Origin: Elsinoe ampelina
Taxonomy: Eukaryota
Length of the DNA: 64,000 nucleotides
Direction of reading: 5' to 3'
Assembly (NCBI GenBank): GCA_010093995.1
Contig: ML992506.1
Coordinates: forward strand, 182,832 to 246,831
The notes beneath the pieces are model-generated. The model saw only the letters and a program-made list of their open reading frames with translations, searched no databases and had not been told where the DNA came from. Of the stretch, positions 1 to 12,601 are shown piece after piece (position 1 is the stretch's first letter; every line of letters begins with the position of its first letter). The translations under genes were made by a program, and so were the position numbers.

Positions 1-3000
1 GATCTAGAAGTTATAGCTTATAAGTGTTTCTAACTATTAAACCTATTATCTATTAAGAACCTTAGTTGTTATCTAATATAGAAGGTTCTTATAGTCGGTA
101 TAGACTTATATAGGTAAGGTTATCTCTTCTAAGTATACTTTCTATTTATAGAATACTTCTATAATTGTAAGTAATTCCTTATCGTATATGTCGTAGTTAA
201 GTTTAGGTCTAGTTATTTTTTGTAAGTAGTATACAATTAGGTAGCGTTATTCTTCTACACTCTTCTACGCTAGATACGCTTCTATTATAAAGTCCAAGGT
301 ATCCGTTTCTAGTAGTACTTATCAGTCTAGGTCGAAGAGTACTAAGACAGGTACTATTATAAGTCTAAGCTTTAGCTTCTTAAAGGCCTACCTATATCTC
401 TTATTAAAGATAAAGCTAGTTTTCTTTTTCGTAAGGTTAGATATTAGCGTAGCTACCTTAGAAAATCCTTTAATAAACTTATAATAGTAGTTAAAGAACT
501 CTAGTAGCGCTTAAACCTCCTTAACTGTTGTAGGTTCTAGCTAGTCGTTTACTAACTTAATTTTCTTCGGATCGGGTCTAATACTATTAGTAGATATAAC
601 ATAGCCTAGAAATTATATCTTATGTTTATAGAACTTATACTTAGAGAGTTTTACTAGTAGGTCTTTTTCTTTTAGTTTCTATAGCACTTTATAAATATAT
701 CCTACATGTTTGTTATATATCTTTAAAAAGATAATAATATTATCTAAATATACTAAGATAAAATTGTTAAGGTATTCTTATAGAGTATTATTAATTAACT
801 CTTAGAAGGTTATAGGAGCGTTAGTTAACCTAAAGAGTATAACGAGGTACTTATATAGACTCTATTACGTTCTAAAAGCTATCTTCTACTCCTTACTCTT
901 CTTTATTTATACTTAATAATAGGCATCTCTAATATTAATTACAGTAAACTATTTAGCTCTAAGTAGTTAGTCTTAAAGTTTGTTAATCCTTAGTAGAGAA
1001 TAGTAATTCTTTCTAGTAAGTGTATTAAGTTTCTAGTAATTAATATATATTTGTAATATCCTATCCTTTTTTAGTATAAAAAGTACTCTATACGTAATAG
1101 GTAATTTTAATAGTTATATAAATTCTTTAAGTAAGTACTTATCGATATAGTTCTTAAGGATATTCTCCTCTTATTTCGATAGTAGTATAAGACCTTAATA
1201 GTATATTAGGGATTTACCTTCTTCGAAAGGTATTTCGTAATTCTATAGTTTATGTTAGGGTAAGGCTATAATGCCTTCTCTTTCTTTAAATAAGTCCTTA
1301 AAGTCTTTATATTCTAGCGGAAGTACTTAATTACTTACGCTAGTAATAGCTCTAACTATTAGTTATACCTATACTATTCTTATAGTTAGTATCTATAGAG
1401 CTAATTATACTTCCTATGTCCTATAATTGTACTTAGGGAATTTAAGTGTTTCTTTAATCTAGTCTATATCTAGATTATGTTATTAAAGCTAGTCTATGCT
1501 AAGTACTATGTTATACTATATATTAACTATATTAATTAATTATTTTTCCGTGTATGTTTCGATTTAGATTATAACGTTTTATAGTTCCTAAGTAACTTTC
1601 CTATTCTTCTCTATAGAGGTTCTATCCGCTATAGTAAGTAGATAAGGTAACTCCTTCTAGTGTTAATAAGGTTTAAGCTAATTAGTAACTATTATAGAGA
1701 CGTAGCTATAGTTAGCTCCTAAATCTATTATTGCTCTTACCTTACTCTCTTATATTTTAACTTCTAGTATAAAGTAGTTTAACGTATAGATCTTTATTAT
1801 ATTAAGGCTTTAGCTAGTGTTATTATCTTACCTTATTAGGTAACAACTAGCTAGTTTTTTGTCATTATAGCTCCTTAGATAAGTAGCTAATTCCTTCCTA
1901 TACGTATCTACTATTAGTACTGTATCTATTAGGCAAGTTGTGTTTTATCGCTATTTAATATAGTAAGGTAAACTTCTAGCGCCTAAGTCCCTTAGTAACT
2001 ATAAAGTCTAATAATTCTCTACTAGTTATACTAAGTAGTATTATATACCTATATAGGTATAACTATTCCTTCTAGGTGTAGCTAGGTATTAGTATTAAAG
2101 ACAAAAACAAGTTATATAGATTTATCTTATTACGTTCTATTCTAGTAGTAGGTGTATATTATTATATAATTCCTCTATATCTCTATAAGGTATGCTTTAA
2201 GTTGTTTGCCTAATAGTAGTATATCGTTGTTATTATTGTTAGATAAGTTCTTATCTATATTATTATATTGTAGTTATTTAGTATATTCTTTGTTATATTT
2301 CTCTTTATCGCTACTACCCCTAGTATAGTTATAGTTAGTAAGGCTATACTAAGTATATTCTTTTACTTAGCTATAAGGAATAGTACTACCTATCTCGATT
2401 ACTAAGAAGTCTATAGTGTATTTAAGACTAATAGTGTCTTCTCTAAGCATATCGTATAAGTAGATAGTATAGTACTATTTATAATTTAGATTTATACATT
2501 TCTAGAGCAATATATAATATGCCTTTCCTTATAGTTCGCTATAAGAGCTAAAGGTAAGGCTACTATATTATTACATAGCACTTACGTCCTAATACTTTAT
2601 CTTAATAATCGTATATTAGTAATTATTACTAACTACCTTCTAAGGTTAGTTAATGTTACTACTAATTATAGAGAGCCTTTCTAGGTTAAGCCCCTAGTCT
2701 AGCTGTTTTATTAGTTACCTATACTTAGATAGCTTATATAGGAACTAACTAGATTCTTACTTATCTAATAAGTAAATATAATAAGAGTTATTGTAATATG
2801 CTATCTATAATAGCGTTACGTTTTAGCTTTATTATTCGCTATTAGTCGTAGAGATATTAAGTATAATATCCGGAGAGGATTCTATTACCTCTCGAGTTGT
2901 CGTAGATCTCTTCTATATTTCCTTATCTATACTAAAGGTTATTAGGTCTTCTATAGTAGTATTAGCCTTTTTTTCTACTAGCCTAGTAACTATTATATAT

Positions 3001-4353
3001 AATCTATTAGCTAGCGCCTCTTATTAGTAGTCCCTAGCTCGATGCCTAAGTCTTTTATACTTAAAATATAAATTATCTCGTCTATACTTTTCTCTCTCTT
3101 TTCTACTAAGGAACTTTCCTCTACGACTATAGCCTTATACCTATAAGAGGCAGCCTTCGTATATAGTATTAAGTTCTATAGGGTCTCTATAGTTTCGGGA
3201 GGAACGTATATATCTAGTATTTACCTTATATCCCCTATAACGTTCTATATGTCGTTTATAAAGTCTATTATTAATAGTAATTATAGTATCTACTAGTTCC
3301 TAAAGACTATCGGGCAGCTCGAGTATTATTTAGTCTTTAACTAAGTCGCTTAGTCCTTAATAGAATACTAAGTGTTTAGTACTATCGTTCTAGTCTAGGT
3401 ATATTACGAGTTATTAGAACTAGGAATAGTACTAGGCTATAGACCTACGTTGTTATAATTATTAAATCTTTGTTATAGTAACGCGTTCCTTGTTAGATAT
3501 GTTAAAGACTTACTTAATCTTTACCTAGAAGATACTAAAGCTCTTAAAGATAGCCTTTGTATCTAGGCCTAGTTATCTATCTAGGTAGCTACTTATATAA
3601 GGCTTAAACTACCTAAAGGTAGCGCTCTTAAGGTATATCCCGGTATAGAGAACCTTTACTACGTCGTTATTATACTTATCTCTCTCTAGAGCGAAGAAGG
3701 CTTTAAGTTAAATAAGGAAGCGCCTTAAGTAGGCGTAGTCTCTATAGAAGAGTTTTACCTCTAACTTAGGCCTACTTCGTTCTTCTATACTAAAAGACCT
3801 TCTATATTTGCCCGAGGTTAAACTAGTAGTAGATATATTATTAATAGTAAGCTTTTCTAGCTTACTAGCGATTAAAGATGCTAATAGTAACTTAGAGCGA
3901 GAGTTACTTATTAACCTCGTAGCGTGCTATACTATAGTAAGGGTAGTTAAAATGTTACGAACTGTCTAAATATAGCCTATACTAGTAGTCTAAGCTAAGC
4001 TAGGAACGAGATAGTTCTACTTCTATAGTAGTATAGTACTAAGGTAAGAGTCGGAGAAGGTATGTCTTATAGATAATAAAGTACAATTAGATAGTATTAT
4101 AAAGGCTAGCCTTAGCAATACTAGTGTTCGCTATCTAGACAAGGTTAACTATAGTACTTATATAAGGTAAGGACTATTCCTATATATATATATTCTCTAT
4201 TACGTTCTCTATATACTCTATATACTCCATAGCGAGAGTTAGAGGTAATATAGAGTATACGTCCGCTAGTAACCTATATACTTTATAGTTTTAGAGGTAG
4301 AGCTACTAGAGAAGATAGAGAACTAAGTAAACGTCGGGCTAAGTTACGTAATA
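1..4353 (-). mobile_element. Ty3/gypsy LTR retrotransposon A, RIP-inactivated, 3' part outside window (gag-PR-RT-RNaseH visible)
   Basis: Minus-strand translation with RIP stops: gag-like KVLYTGIYLKSATFR*FKPY (~3600-3660); CCHC knuckle relic Y-F-K-Y-K-R-L-R-H-R-A-R-D-Y (C->Y, ~3028-3069); protease RAIIDLGA (~1715-1737); RT YLDNII (YLDD, 739-750); RNase H FDLD*..LLETD (~300-335). Extreme TpA excess. Confidence 0.9.
3953..4353 (-). repeat. 5' LTR of gypsy element A (~401 bp)
   Basis: Bounded by TGTTACG (3953) and CGTAATA (4347-4353), i.e. a TG...CA inverted terminus with one CA->TA RIP change; lies directly upstream of gag on the minus strand. Confidence 0.75.
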
Positions 4354-4591
4354 ATCTTAGTAGCTTAATTAGTCCTAACGTCCTTATATTCTAGCTGTCC
4401 TACTAGTTCGTAATAAAGGAATAGAGATATATTACACTCGAAGGAAGACTCTAATCTACGCTAGATACTATTACTATATAAAGTGCTAGATTAGCATATT
4501 ATTAATAAACTAAATCCAGGTCGCATCCGAACTAGATTACTAATCTAAGCTAAACTAGGATCTAGTTTAGCATCTAGTTCGTAAACTAGTT

Positions 4592-4664
4592 TACTACCTA
4601 TTTTACCTTCTATTTTACCTTCTATTTCGCTACCTATTTCGCTACCTATTTCGCTACCTATTTC
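4592..4664 (+). repeat. ~6 copies of a 12-bp tandem repeat (CTATTTCGCTAC-like) in the pol linker of element B
   Basis: Directly visible: ctattttacctt x2, then ctatttcgctac x3 plus partial copies. Confidence 0.8.
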
Positions 4665-6263
4665 GGCTTGTAAGCTAGGCACCTATATAGTACCTATCTC
4701 TACTATAGAAGAGCCTTTACTCCTTTTTAATAAAGTAGCTAAAGCTAACTTATAAGACTCTAACTTCGAGACAGTTTATAGCATCTACTATATAATAGAA
4801 GCCTTTTTAACGAGGAAATAGTTACTATCGACCGATATTACAATCGAGAAGGGGATACTATATACCGCTAGCCGATTAATTATGCCTTTCTCTATAGCTA
4901 CGAAAGTTATCTAAGAGGTCTATATATTAAAGAATTACACATATAGAGGAGCTACTAAGACAGCTACTATAATTAAGTCTACTTTCTATATCCCTAGGTA
5001 CAATTCTAACATTAAGAGGTTTATTACTAACTATTATAACTATAAGCGCTTAAAGGCTTACTATAGCTTACTAGCTAGCCTTCTATTACTATTACCTATT
5101 CTAGTAAGACCTTAGTAATATATTACTATAGACTTCGTTACTAGCTTACCTCTAGTAGATAGCTATAATATAGTACTATATGTTATTAATCGCTTATCTA
5201 AGAAGCGACACTTAATCTCTTACTTCTAGAGAGAAAAAGAGACTTCTACGTTTAAGACAGCTAAGCTATTATTCTTCTACGTATAGAAACTATATAGTCT
5301 ACTAGATAGTATTACCTCTAACTATAGCTCTTAGTTCGTTAGCGATATATAGAAGAGGCTCTACTAGATCCTAAAGATTATAGCTAAGCTATCTACCGCT
5401 AGCTACCCTTAAATAGATAGCTAATTAGAAGTTATAAACTAAGAGTTTAAATAAGTTATTTAGTCCTATATAACATAGTTTAGTAATTAGATCCTTGTCC
5501 TACTAGTTATAGAGTTCTCTACTAATACTAACCCCTTAGAAAGTACTAAGCTATTACTATTTAAGGTTATAAGAGAATATAAGCTAAGGCTAAGCTTCTA
5601 GCCCCCTTTCGATGTACTATTAACAAGAGCTAAGCTTAATAAGGCCGACATTCGCGCGCTTACTAAACAACTAGAAGAAGCCCTTACTATTACTAAAGCT
5701 AACCTTACTATTACTTAGTTATAAATAGTAAAGTAAGCTAATAAACACCGCTAGCTAATAGAGTTCGAAGCTAGCGATTTAGTGTAGTTATCGACGAAGA
5801 ACCTCTAGCTATAGGGCAATCTAAAGCTGCTACTAAAGTATGTTAGTCCTTATAAGATTCTTAAAAAGTAGTTACTATTAGTATATAAGCTCGATCTACT
5901 AGCTATACTATAAAGAATTTACCTTATGTTCTATACTAACCTCCTTACTAAGTATCTAAATAACTCTTTACTAGGCTAAGCCTTTAAGAAACTACCTCCG
6001 GTAGAGGTCGATAGTAAGGAAGAGTATAAGGTAGATAATATAATTAATATACATATACTATAAGGGAAGCTAGTTACTTATATAAGCTAGAAGAGCTATC
6101 TAGAGAATCTTACCTAGTAGCTAATTAATAACCTTAAAGGAGCAGCTAATATGCTATATAACTATCTAGATTCTTACACGAATAAGTCTTATTTAAGCTA
6201 GATTAACAAGGAACAAACTATATAATAGCGTTTAAGGGTAAACACGTTTAAGAGGGGGAGTAG

Positions 6264-6504
6264 TAATACGAGATAGATATAAACTAAATTTAGTTAAGAT
6301 ATAGTTTAGATTAGTTACGTAATCTTAGTATTATAGCCTAGGCTTCTAGCTGCTCTACTCTCGATATTACGCATGCTTTATATACTAGTTTTCTTCTTCT
6401 TTTTCTAAGTCTTAATATCTTAACGAATAGACGTAATTAACCTCTTATCTTACTAGTTGTAATTAGATATTAAGAACTACATCTCCTGCCTAGAAGGCGT
6501 ATTA
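6264..6504 (+). repeat. 3' LTR of gypsy element B (~241 bp)
   Basis: Starts 3 nt after the PPT with TAATACG and ends with the exact inverse CGTATTA (6498-6504), consistent with RIPped TG...CA ends; copia RT sequence begins immediately after it. Confidence 0.75.
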
Positions 6505-9460
6505 ATTCCTAGTAAATAGAACAAGCTTATTATTCTTATAAAGGGCTTATATAGGCTTAAATAAGCTACTACCCTCTAGTATAATACTATAGTTAAGGCA
6601 CTACTATTACTTAGTTTTATTAGATTCTATAGTAATACCTATCTCTTTATTAANNNNNNNNNNNNNNNNNNNNNNNNNNNNNNNNNNNNNNNNNNNNNNN
6701 NNNNNNNNNNNNNNNNNNNNNNNNNNNNNNNNNNNNNNNNNNNNNNNNNNNNNNNNNNNNNNNNNNNNNNNNNNNNNNNNNNNNNNNNNNNNNNNNNNNN
6801 NNNNNNNNNNNNNNNNNNNNNNNNNNNNNNNNNNNNNNNNNNNNNNNNNNNNNNNNNNNNNNNNNNNNNNNNNNNNNNNNNNNNNNNNNNNNNNNNNNNN
6901 NNNNNNNNNNNNNNNNNNNNNNNNNNNNNNNNNNNNNNNNNNNNNNNNNNNNNNNNNNNNNNNNNNNNNNNNNNNNNNNNNNNNNNNNNNNNNNNNNNNN
7001 NNNNNNNNNNNNNNNNNNNNNNNNNNNNNNNNNNNNNNNNNNNNNNNNNNNNNNNNNNNNNNNNNNNNNNNNNNNNNNNNNNNNNNNNNNNNNNNNNNNN
7101 NNNNNNNNNNNNNNNNNNNNNNNNNNNNNNNNNNNNNNNNNNNNNNNNNNNNNNNNNNNNNNNNNNNNNNNNNNNNNNNNNNNNNNNNNNNNNNNNNNNN
7201 NNNNNNNNNNNNNNNNNNNNNNNNNNNNNNNNNNNNNNNNNNNNNNNNNNNNNNNNNNNNNNNNNNNNNNNNNNNNNNNNNNNNNNNNNNNNNNNNNNNN
7301 NNNNNNNNNNNNNNNNNNNNNNNNNNNNNNNNNNNNNNNNNNNNNNNNNNNNNNNNNNNNNNNNNNNNNNNNNNNNNNNNNNNNNNNNNNNNNNNNNNNN
7401 NNNNNNNNNNNNNNNNNNNNNNNNNNNNNNNNNNNNNNNNNNNNNNNAATTATTACTATAGAGAGTAGTATAAACTTAAAGTAATTAAGCTTAAGTATAT
7501 TAATATAACTTAGTAATTAGCTAATATACTTATAAAGCCTAAATCTCCTAATAAGATCCTTAATTAATTAGTAAAGGCTAATTACTTAGTATATATCTAC
7601 ACTATATACTTATTTAGATTTTATATATATTATAATTTTAAGTATATTAGTTATACTACTACTACTTATTAAGCTATCTTATTTGTCTAAAGCTTAAAGT
7701 AAATTACTTTATTATTAAGAAGAGAGAAAGAAAAAGCTATTATAACTCTATTACTAGCTACTTATACCTAAGCTATATCTACTACTTAGTACTATTATTA
7801 CTTTTAATAACTCTTATCTATCCCCTACCTTAAATTACTTCTTTATAGAAGGAAAACCTCTTCTCTTATTACTACTAGTAGACCTTATAGAAGTATTAGA
7901 TCTAGACCTACTATACCTTATTAGTACTAGGCCTAGTATAAAAGCATAAATAGAAGAAAGCTAACTAGAGTAGCTAGTAGCTATAATCCTTATAAGCTCT
8001 ACTATATAGTTTATTACTATAGTAGCTAAGTTATAAACCTTAGTAGTAGTTAGGTTAGTAAGATCTATAAAGTTTATAGAGACTACTATAAAGTAGTAAG
8101 AGTTAGTATAAGTTATTAAGGTGTTAACTATACCTAATAATATCTCTAGCATATAGGCCCTTAGTAAGAACCTCTAAGGTAAAGTACTACTAAAAGAGAT
8201 AGACCTAGAGAGCTCTATTAGTAGGTGTATTAGGCTATATAGAATAGACTAAGTAATAACCCTTAAGCTACTTAGGGTCCTTATAGGTTTAGGAGAGCTA
8301 ATAGGCCTTAGAGTTAGAGTATAGTTAGCTAAGGAATATCTAGTATATTAGTTACTATAAGTATAGCAAGTATAGGCCTTATTAAGCTAACTAGGTAAAG
8401 TAATATACTTACTAAACTTACTACCTCTACTCTTACTCTAATTATTACTAAGGTTAGATCCCTAATACTTAGTATAGCAATTAGTGCTATAGTAGACTAC
8501 TCTACTAGTAGCACTAGAAGCTATTAAAGNNNNNNNNNNNNNNNNNNNNNNNNNNNNNNNNNNNNNNNNNNNNNNNNNNNNNNNNNNNNNNNNNNNNNNN
8601 NNNNNNNNNNNNNNNNNNNNNNNNNNNNNNNNNNNNNNNNNNNNNNNNNNNNNNNNNNNNNNNNNNNNNNNNNNNNNNNNNNNNNNNNNNNNNNNNNNNN
8701 NNNNNNNNNNNNNNNNNNNNNNNNNNNNNNNNNNNNNNNNNNNNNNNNNNNNNNNNNNNNNNNNNNNNNNNNNNNNNNNNNNNNNNNNNNNNNNNNNNNN
8801 NNNNNNNNNNNNNNNNNNNNNNNNNNNNNNNNNNNNNNNNNNAAGTAATTAGTCTTATAGTAGTATTATAATTAACATTAGAAGTACTAGGTAACCTTAA
8901 TAGAGGATTTCTCTTCTTACTACTACCTCTACTACCTAGTAAACTACTTAGAGTACTAGCACTAGTAGTAATACTACTAATGCCTAGCTATTACTATACT
9001 ATAGTGCTTATATTATAAGTGTTATTAATGTAGTATAGTAAGAAAGTAAAAGTGTTATATAAAAGAAAAGGCTACTACTATAAGTATAATAAAGAAAGAA
9101 GAAATTATAAAGAGGCTAGTTAGATACTTATATCTCTTTAATTAAGACTTATAAGCTAGTCTATTTACATAAACAATGGCTGCCTAGCTATTATTAATAG
9201 TTACTATTAACACTAACAATTATAAGCAATTATAAAGAGATAAAGTAATAAGCTAATTACTTTACTTACATGTAATAGAATAGTTCTCTAGCTTTAATAA
9301 TCTATACTAGAGGGGGAGTGTTATAATAGAAGGCTAGTACAGCTTCTCTAGTACTAAAGAACTAGCACTGATAAGTCAGCGCACGTACAGTAGATAAATC
9401 GGTTATTGTAACTCTCTGAATGAAATACACGTCTCTCGATCCGATTTGCCAGTAACAACA
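6505..9460 (+). mobile_element. Ty1/copia retrotransposon 3' part (RT, RNase H, long 3' region, PPT, LTR), RIP-inactivated, spans two assembly gaps
   Basis: 6505-6652 reads LIILIKGLYRLK*ATTL*YN...FIRFYSNTYLF (copia RT LKKxLYGLKQAxxxW...SDxCLF). ~7450-7545 reads YYYRE*YKLKVIKLKYI...**LANILIKP (copia RNase H ...EQLADILTKP). PPT AGGGGGAG at 9311-9318. Continuity across the gaps is assumed. Confidence 0.8.
9319..9460 (+). repeat. Short 3' LTR of the copia element (~142 bp)
   Basis: TGTTAT (RIPped TGTTGT) directly after the PPT; ACAACA at 9455-9460 (alternative end GTAACA at 9457). Confidence 0.65.
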
Positions 9461-9590
9461 TTTTCTCTATGACATCAGCTACCCCACATGCCTTTGTTGA
9501 TGGAGCTACCACTGAAAGGCAATTCCACTCGGTCAGAGCTCTTCTTGCGGTGACGGCCCCAGCTGCGGTGTGCTGCTCATGTAATCCATT

Positions 9591-10662
9591 ATGCGTGTCT
9601 TGAATCCATCCACGATCTCCAGCCGAACCTTCTCTTCCTTTCGCATCCCAACAGCACGATCAATTGCTTGCATACCAAAACTTCGAAGTCGAATTGAAGC
9701 TCGACGTCCTACTCAGCCAGCTCGCATTGCTTTCTCGACAACAGCAACCACATATAAAAACATGTCCCAATCTCATGCCTGCTGTTCCGTTCCCCCAGTC
9801 GTTGCCGAGGGCTACGATGGCAAGGGCGAATACATCACTGTAGACGGTCTCAAGACCTACGCCACGGGCACCAGTGGAGCAAAGACTGGCATCCTTGTGG
9901 TGTACGACATCTTCGGCTTCTTCCCTCAAACCATTCAGGGCGCAGATATCCTCGCGACTGGTGACAAGGAGCGCCAGTACCAGGTCTTCATGCCAGGTTC
10001 GACTTGCACTCCCCAAAATAACACCAGCACTCCTGACCAGAGCAGACTTCTTTGACGGCAAGCCAGTCCCAGTAGACTACTACCCACCAGACAACGCAAG
10101 TATATCTTCTTGACCCGACACAAACACGACTGACCTTTTCTGCAGGAAGAGAAGAAAAAGTTCGTCGGCAACTTCTTCCAAACCACCGCCGCCCCACCCA
10201 AGACGCTCGAACGCATCCCCAAGATCCTCAAAGAGATCCAAAGCAAAAACTCCAGCATCACCCAATGGGCAATCGTCGGGTTCTGCTGGGGCGGCAAGAT
10301 CGTCAATCTGTCCTCGCAAAAGGACACCCTTTTCAAGGCCGCAGCCGCTGTGCACCCGGCCATGGTCGACGCAAACGATGCACCGGGCGTGTCGATTCCG
10401 TATATCATGCTGCCGTCCAAGGGCGAGGATAAGGGGGACGTGGAGAAGTGGCAGCAGGGTGTCAAGGTGAAGAATCAGGTTGAGTGGTTCTCTGATCAGG
10501 AGCATGGATTTATGGCTGCTAGGTAGGTGTTCCAAACACCGGGGCTGGGACGATGTGCTGACGTGGTGTAGGGGTGATCTGAAGGATCCGAACGTCAAGA
10601 AGGCGTACGAGCGCGGTTACGGCTTGTTGCTCAACTTTTTCCATGAGAATATCTCTGCGTAA
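9591..10662 (+). CDS. Dienelactone hydrolase family protein (4 exons; alternative start 9762)
   Basis: SHACC N-terminus, YDIFG, nucleophile motif GFCWGG, HPA, QEHGFMAARG. Introns 9997-10045, 10096-10145 (GC-AG), 10523-10571; stop 10660-10662. Confidence 0.92.
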
Positions 10663-11019
10663 GTGCCCAATGGTGGATGAGGGGGGGGTTTCATGCACGG
10701 GGTAAGCTCGATCCGGTCCTATGGTTGTATACCGTTTCAGATACGGCGGGTGGAAGAGATGCTGACAGGACTATAGACATGGCTCCAAGATCTAGACGAC
10801 GATGCGACGGATATAGCAGTACATAGGTCATGCACCGGAACGAATCAACGTACACATTACCACCTCAGCATGTGTCACCATTGTACATACCGCATGCGAA
10901 GGTAAAAGCATCTTCCTCGTCATTGCTGTCCATCACATGGCATTCGTTCCCAAGAAGACTCAAGCACATCATCGGCAAAATCACTCGCATTCTAACTCTA
11001 TATCCCCCTTTCCTTATAC

Positions 11020-12601
11020 CTACAACTTCGCCTTCCCCTCCCCCTTCACCATCGCCTCCTTCACCAACCTCCTCTGCACCTTGCCCGTCGCCGTCTTCGG
11101 CATAACTTTGGTGAACCACACCCTCCTCGGCACCTTAAACTTGGCCACCCGCCCCGCCATCCACGTCCTCAGCTCCTCGGCCTCCAGCCTCAGCCCATCC
11201 CTCAACACGATCGCCACCCCGACGTCCTGCCCATACATCTCGTCTTCGATGGCGAAACTCACGGCCTCTGCCACTGCGGGGTGTTGCGAGACGACATTAT
11301 CCAGTTCAATCGGGGAGATCTTTTCGCCGCCTTTGTTGATGAGCTCTTTGATGCGGCCGGTGATGTAGACGTAGCCGTCCTTGTCTTTCTTGCCTTGGTC
11401 GCCTGTGCGGAAGAAGCCCGAGCTGGTGAAGCTGGACGCTTTGGCTGAGGGGTTGTTGAGGTAGCCCTTTGTCACGTTGGGGCCGCGGATGGAGATCTCG
11501 CCTTCGTTGCCTTGGGGTACTTCTTGTCCGGCCGAGTCGAGGATGCGGATCTCGACGCCTTGGCCCAGGCCGACGGAGCCGGGGCGGTGAGGGCCGATGG
11601 AGGGGAGCGGGTTGGAGGTCATTTGGTGGGCGGCTTCGGTCATGGCGTAGGCTTCGAGGACGGGGGCGGAGAGGGTTCGTTCGAGGTCGTGGAGGGTCTT
11701 TGGGGCGAGTGGGGAGGAGCAAGAGCGGATGAAGCGGATGTTGGGGATGGGGGAGGGAAGAGGGGATTTGAGGAGGATTTGGTGGATGGTGGGGACGGCG
11801 GTGTACCAGTTTGCTGAGTGACTTGTGAAGTCGCGCCAGAAGTCAGAGGCAGAGAATTTCGGAGGAACGATGACGGAGCCGCTTGAATGGAGAGGAGCGA
11901 GGAATCCAGCGAGAAGGCCGTGGACGTGGAATAGAGGCATGACGAGCATGGTACGATCGGCGGGTGTGAGTTGATAGGTCTGCTTGATGTTGGCCATGGT
12001 GGTGGTGAGGTTCTTGTGTGAAAGGGGCACAGCCTAAAAAACATCAGCAAGAGTTCGAAATCTGAAGTGGAGATGGTACCTTTGGTCGACCTGTGGTGCC
12101 ACTGGTGTGCAGGACGAGAGCAGTGTCATCTGGCTGCGCCGTCTCGACCTGGGCATTGCCTTGACCCTTGAGCTTGCCTGGATTCTTTACATCCAGGACG
12201 ACTTCCTTGCCGTTCCAGTAGCATTCTGCTACGGCAGCATTGTACTTTTCAGCTGCCTTCACAGCAGGGCCATTGGCTTGCCCCTGAGGAATGAGTACGA
12301 TATGTGAACTTAGATCATCGATGTAGAATTCAAATTCTGATTGCTTGTAGGCCGGGTTTAACGGTGCAGCTATCGCTCGCTGCCATGCCGCTGCTAAGAA
12401 AGCGACTATGAAAGGATAGGAGTTTGGAAGTGCAATTGATACAGCTGCTCCAGGGGTAATCCCTATTGCTGCAAGTTTCTTCTGGAATGCAGCAATGTCC
12501 GCCCCGAGCTGAGAGAAAGAAATGTCCAATGCCGGGCTCCCTGGTACAATTATAGCAGTCGTACTCGAATTTGTTGGAAATGATGTTGCGAGGGTAGCCA
12601 T
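11020..12601 (-). CDS. PCS60: Peroxisomal acyl-CoA (oxalyl-CoA-type) ligase, Pcs60/Fat2-like
   Basis: AMP-binding LHTSGTTGRPK, MPLFHVHGL, EAYAMTEAAHQM, FFRTGDQG, PKTATGKVQRR; C-terminal PTS1 AKL; intron 12034-12079. Confidence 0.92.

Larger units (their letters stand above)
4354..6504 (+). mobile_element. Chromodomain-containing gypsy (chromovirus) element B, 3' part: integrase, chromodomain, PPT, 3' LTR; RIP-inactivated
   Basis: Integrase relics: HHCC region (~4915-5050) and LLLLLPILVRP**YITIDFVTSLP (~5080-5150; cf. GLLxPLPIPxRPWxxIxMDFVTGLP). Chromodomain EEYKVDNIL...YIS*KSY...T**LINNL (~6020-6135). PPT AAGAGGGGGAG at 6250-6260. Confidence 0.88.

Noticed and set aside
4592..4664. Short repeats here and CTTACTACGGT repeats at 56034-56108 as CRISPR-like arrays
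   Set aside because: Eukaryotic context, repeats too short, no regular unique spacers, no cas genes.
7961..8152. 63-aa minus-strand ORF as a functional gene
   Set aside because: Lies in RIPped repeat DNA; I/T/N/Y-rich composition is a RIP artefact.
6653..8842. N runs (6653-7447, 8530-8842)
   Set aside because: Assembly gaps, not biological features; their lengths are estimates.
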